Below the pieces are notes generated by a model that ran no database searches, was not told the DNA's origin, and was given only the letters and a program-made list of their open reading frames with translations. DNA of 59,973 bases from a virus (Duplodnaviria > Caudoviricetes): the IMG/VR virus record IMGVR_UViG_3300033153_006809, positions 1 through 59,973 of that record. One strand, given 5' to 3'. A program made the position numbers and the translations under genes. Of the stretch, positions 58,333 to 59,973 are shown piece after piece (positions within the stretch are counted from its first letter, which is position 1; the number at the start of each line of letters is the position of its first letter).

Positions 58333-59247
58333 CTAATACAACTCCATCAATTTACTCTCTACACTATTGAAATTTTCTAAAAATCCACGCATTTGGTATC
58401 TCTTAAAAAATTGAAATATATTTGATGGTGGTGGAAAAGAGTAATTATCATATTGATCTAAAATACGGTTTGTTATTGTCTCTGGTATTTTATCAAAGTC
58501 TATTAGAATTTGATTTCGCTTATAATTTTTTTTAACATCTACTTCACCATATAATTTATTAATATGTCTCTTTTCCAACCATTCATCTATGCCGCTTTCT
58601 ACTACCTTTTTTAAAGCGGCTGGGCCAAATCCTGGTTTTCTTTTATTCATCGTTTTTTCTGTTCGTCCCCAATCATCTGGTGTTATAATATTGAATATAT
58701 CATCCTTCTTTTGACCCAACATTATTTTTTCTATCAAAAATTTTTGACAATCAGCAACCTTAACATAATCTTTCTTTTGTGGATTGTATAATAATATTCT
58801 ATCAGAAGACAATTGCAAATAATCTTCATCATTAGATATTACTATAACACTCTCTTCAACATTTTTAGCAATTATAGCTATAATATCATCAGCTTCAGCA
58901 GATCTTATTTTTATAACTTTAAACGGCATGTAATGTTTTAAATCACTTACTAGTTTGTTTAGATTATCAAATAAAAGATTCCATTTTACATCTGACTTAT
59001 CACGCTGTTTTTTTCTTGATTCTTTATATCTTGGAAAATATGACTTTCTCCACGAATTTTTATCATCAACAGCAATAACAACTTCAACTATATTTTCCTC
59101 TTTCCACAATGATTGATATATAGAATTAAATATATTATATCTCCATAACATAAAATCTGGTTTTTCAGAATGTGGTTCAACTTCCTTTATGAAAAAATTC
59201 CTAAAAACCAGATTATTAAAATCAAACAAAACAATTTTTTTTACCAT
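58333..59247 (-). CDS. rnh: T4 RNase H-like 5'-3' exonuclease
   Basis: DFNN, SWRK..FP.YK..R, EADDII, SNDEDYLQL, G.K.D.I.N, RN..LIDF..IP. Confidence 0.92.
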   Translation of the reverse strand: MVKKIVLFDFNNLVFRNFFIKEVEPHSEKPDFMLWRYNIFNSIYQSLWKEENIVEVVIAVDDKNSWRKSYFPRYKESRKKQRDKSDVKWNLLFDNLNKLVSDLKHYMPFKVIKIRSAEADDIIAIIAKNVEESVIVISNDEDYLQLSSDRILLYNPQKKDYVKVADCQKFLIEKIMLGQKKDDIFNIITPDDWGRTEKTMNKRKPGFGPAALKKVVESGIDEWLEKRHINKLYGEVDVKKNYKRNQILIDFDKIPETITNRILDQYDNYSFPPPSNIFQFFKRYQMRGFLENFNSVESKLMELY

Positions 59248-59279
59248 ATTAAATATCTCCTAACCACACATTTTGTCTA

Positions 59280-59309
59280 ATTATATCAAATTATACTACG
59301 AATGTAAAC
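59280..59309 (-). promoter_or_regulatory. T4-type early promoter
   Basis: GTTTACA-N17-TATAAT with TGn. Confidence 0.8.
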
Positions 59310-59312
59310 TCT

Positions 59313-59642
59313 TTATTTAATTTTTCTTAGATATCCATCTTCTTTATTTCTAATATAAAACGGTATATTATACCTAGTCTTTCTCATATATGTACCGGCT
59401 GTTGAATCAGTTTTAAATCTAAGTCTTTTTCTATCCTGTTTCATATTATTATAAAATTCACCTTTAGACACATCAAATACAGGTGTTCCTTTATATTCGC
59501 CATCAGCAAACACATCAACAACATCTGTTTTTATTTTTCCATCCGGTGGTGTGCTAACTGCATTATCTTTTGCAGCCATTCCTTCCGGTGATTCTTGAAA
59601 CTCTCCTCCGAGTTCTCCCATATTATTCTTCTCCTTCTTCAT
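59313..59642 (-). CDS. Hypothetical protein
   Basis: ORF track. Confidence 0.6.
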   Translation of the reverse strand: MKKEKNNMGELGGEFQESPEGMAAKDNAVSTPPDGKIKTDVVDVFADGEYKGTPVFDVSKGEFYNNMKQDRKRLRFKTDSTAGTYMRKTRYNIPFYIRNKEDGYLRKIK

Positions 59643-59970
59643 AACCTATTATTTCTTGTATTATTTTAGCTTCTTCTGTTGAAAAACTAACAGAATCACC
59701 AATCCCTACAGCTTTCTTAATTTTTCTTATAGCTTTTCTAATCAATCCTTCTTTTTTCGGATCTTCTTTTTTCTTTTCTTCTGGCATTATTCTTATAGTT
59801 TGAATGGCATTTGAATCGCCTGTGAGTGTTTTTCTCGTCCACTTATATTTCATTCTCATTTCAGATGGCATCTCTAGATACATTTTCAAAAGTTTACTTT
59901 TACCACCCATGCCTTTAAAATCTTTCATAAGTTCTGTAAATTCTTCATTATTGGACATAACATCATCCAT
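59623..59970 (-). CDS. Hypothetical protein, possibly 5'-truncated by the window
   Basis: Start lies at the window edge. Confidence 0.5.
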   Translation of the reverse strand: MDDVMSNNEEFTELMKDFKGMGGKSKLLKMYLEMPSEMRMKYKWTRKTLTGDSNAIQTIRIMPEEKKKEDPKKEGLIRKAIRKIKKAVGIGDSVSFSTEEAKIIQEIIGYEEGEE

Positions 59971-59973
59971 ATT

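Noticed and set aside
1-59973. Stop-codon reassignment as in some large phages
   Set aside because: Core genes are full length in code 11, and TAA, TAG and TGA all end genes at tight junctions

Overview
AT-rich, gene-dense 60 kb segment of a large T4-like (Tevenvirinae-like) myophage genome in the standard genetic code. All family calls come from reading motifs by eye; no searches were run. Layout: (1) 1-6.8 kb, minus strand: small early ORFs, a secreted RCC1-repeat/Ig/PKD protein with a CFI-type C-terminal tail, and two mini PEP-CTERM-like ORFs. (2) 6.9-21.5 kb, plus strand: late baseplate/tail module (gp53, hub, gp5, PAAR, gp25, gp6, gp7-like LamG protein, paired fibre-like proteins). (3) 21.6-32.7 kb, plus strand: gp55, gp47, gp46, UvsX, a BGT-like GT-B protein and an epimerase. 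(4) 32.7-46.3 kb, minus strand: an 18-gene glycan island (glycosyltransferases, methyltransferases, sulfotransferase-like proteins, PIG-L deacetylase, SqdB). (5) 46.3-60 kb, minus strand: GH108 endolysin, PD-(D/E)XK-like protein beside a Dam-like methylase, primase, class II RNR, a thymidylate synthase split by an 11-bp duplication, and RNase H. Main observations: the sulfo-glycan island; host cell-surface sorting signals on phage proteins; a shared N-terminal capsid-targeting-like tag on unrelated putative enzymes; a shared C-terminal FIxxEEMxI-type tag on five unrelated ORFs; and three reading-frame anomalies. No convincing tRNA, rRNA or CRISPR array was found. A Desulfobacterota-like host is inferred, not shown.
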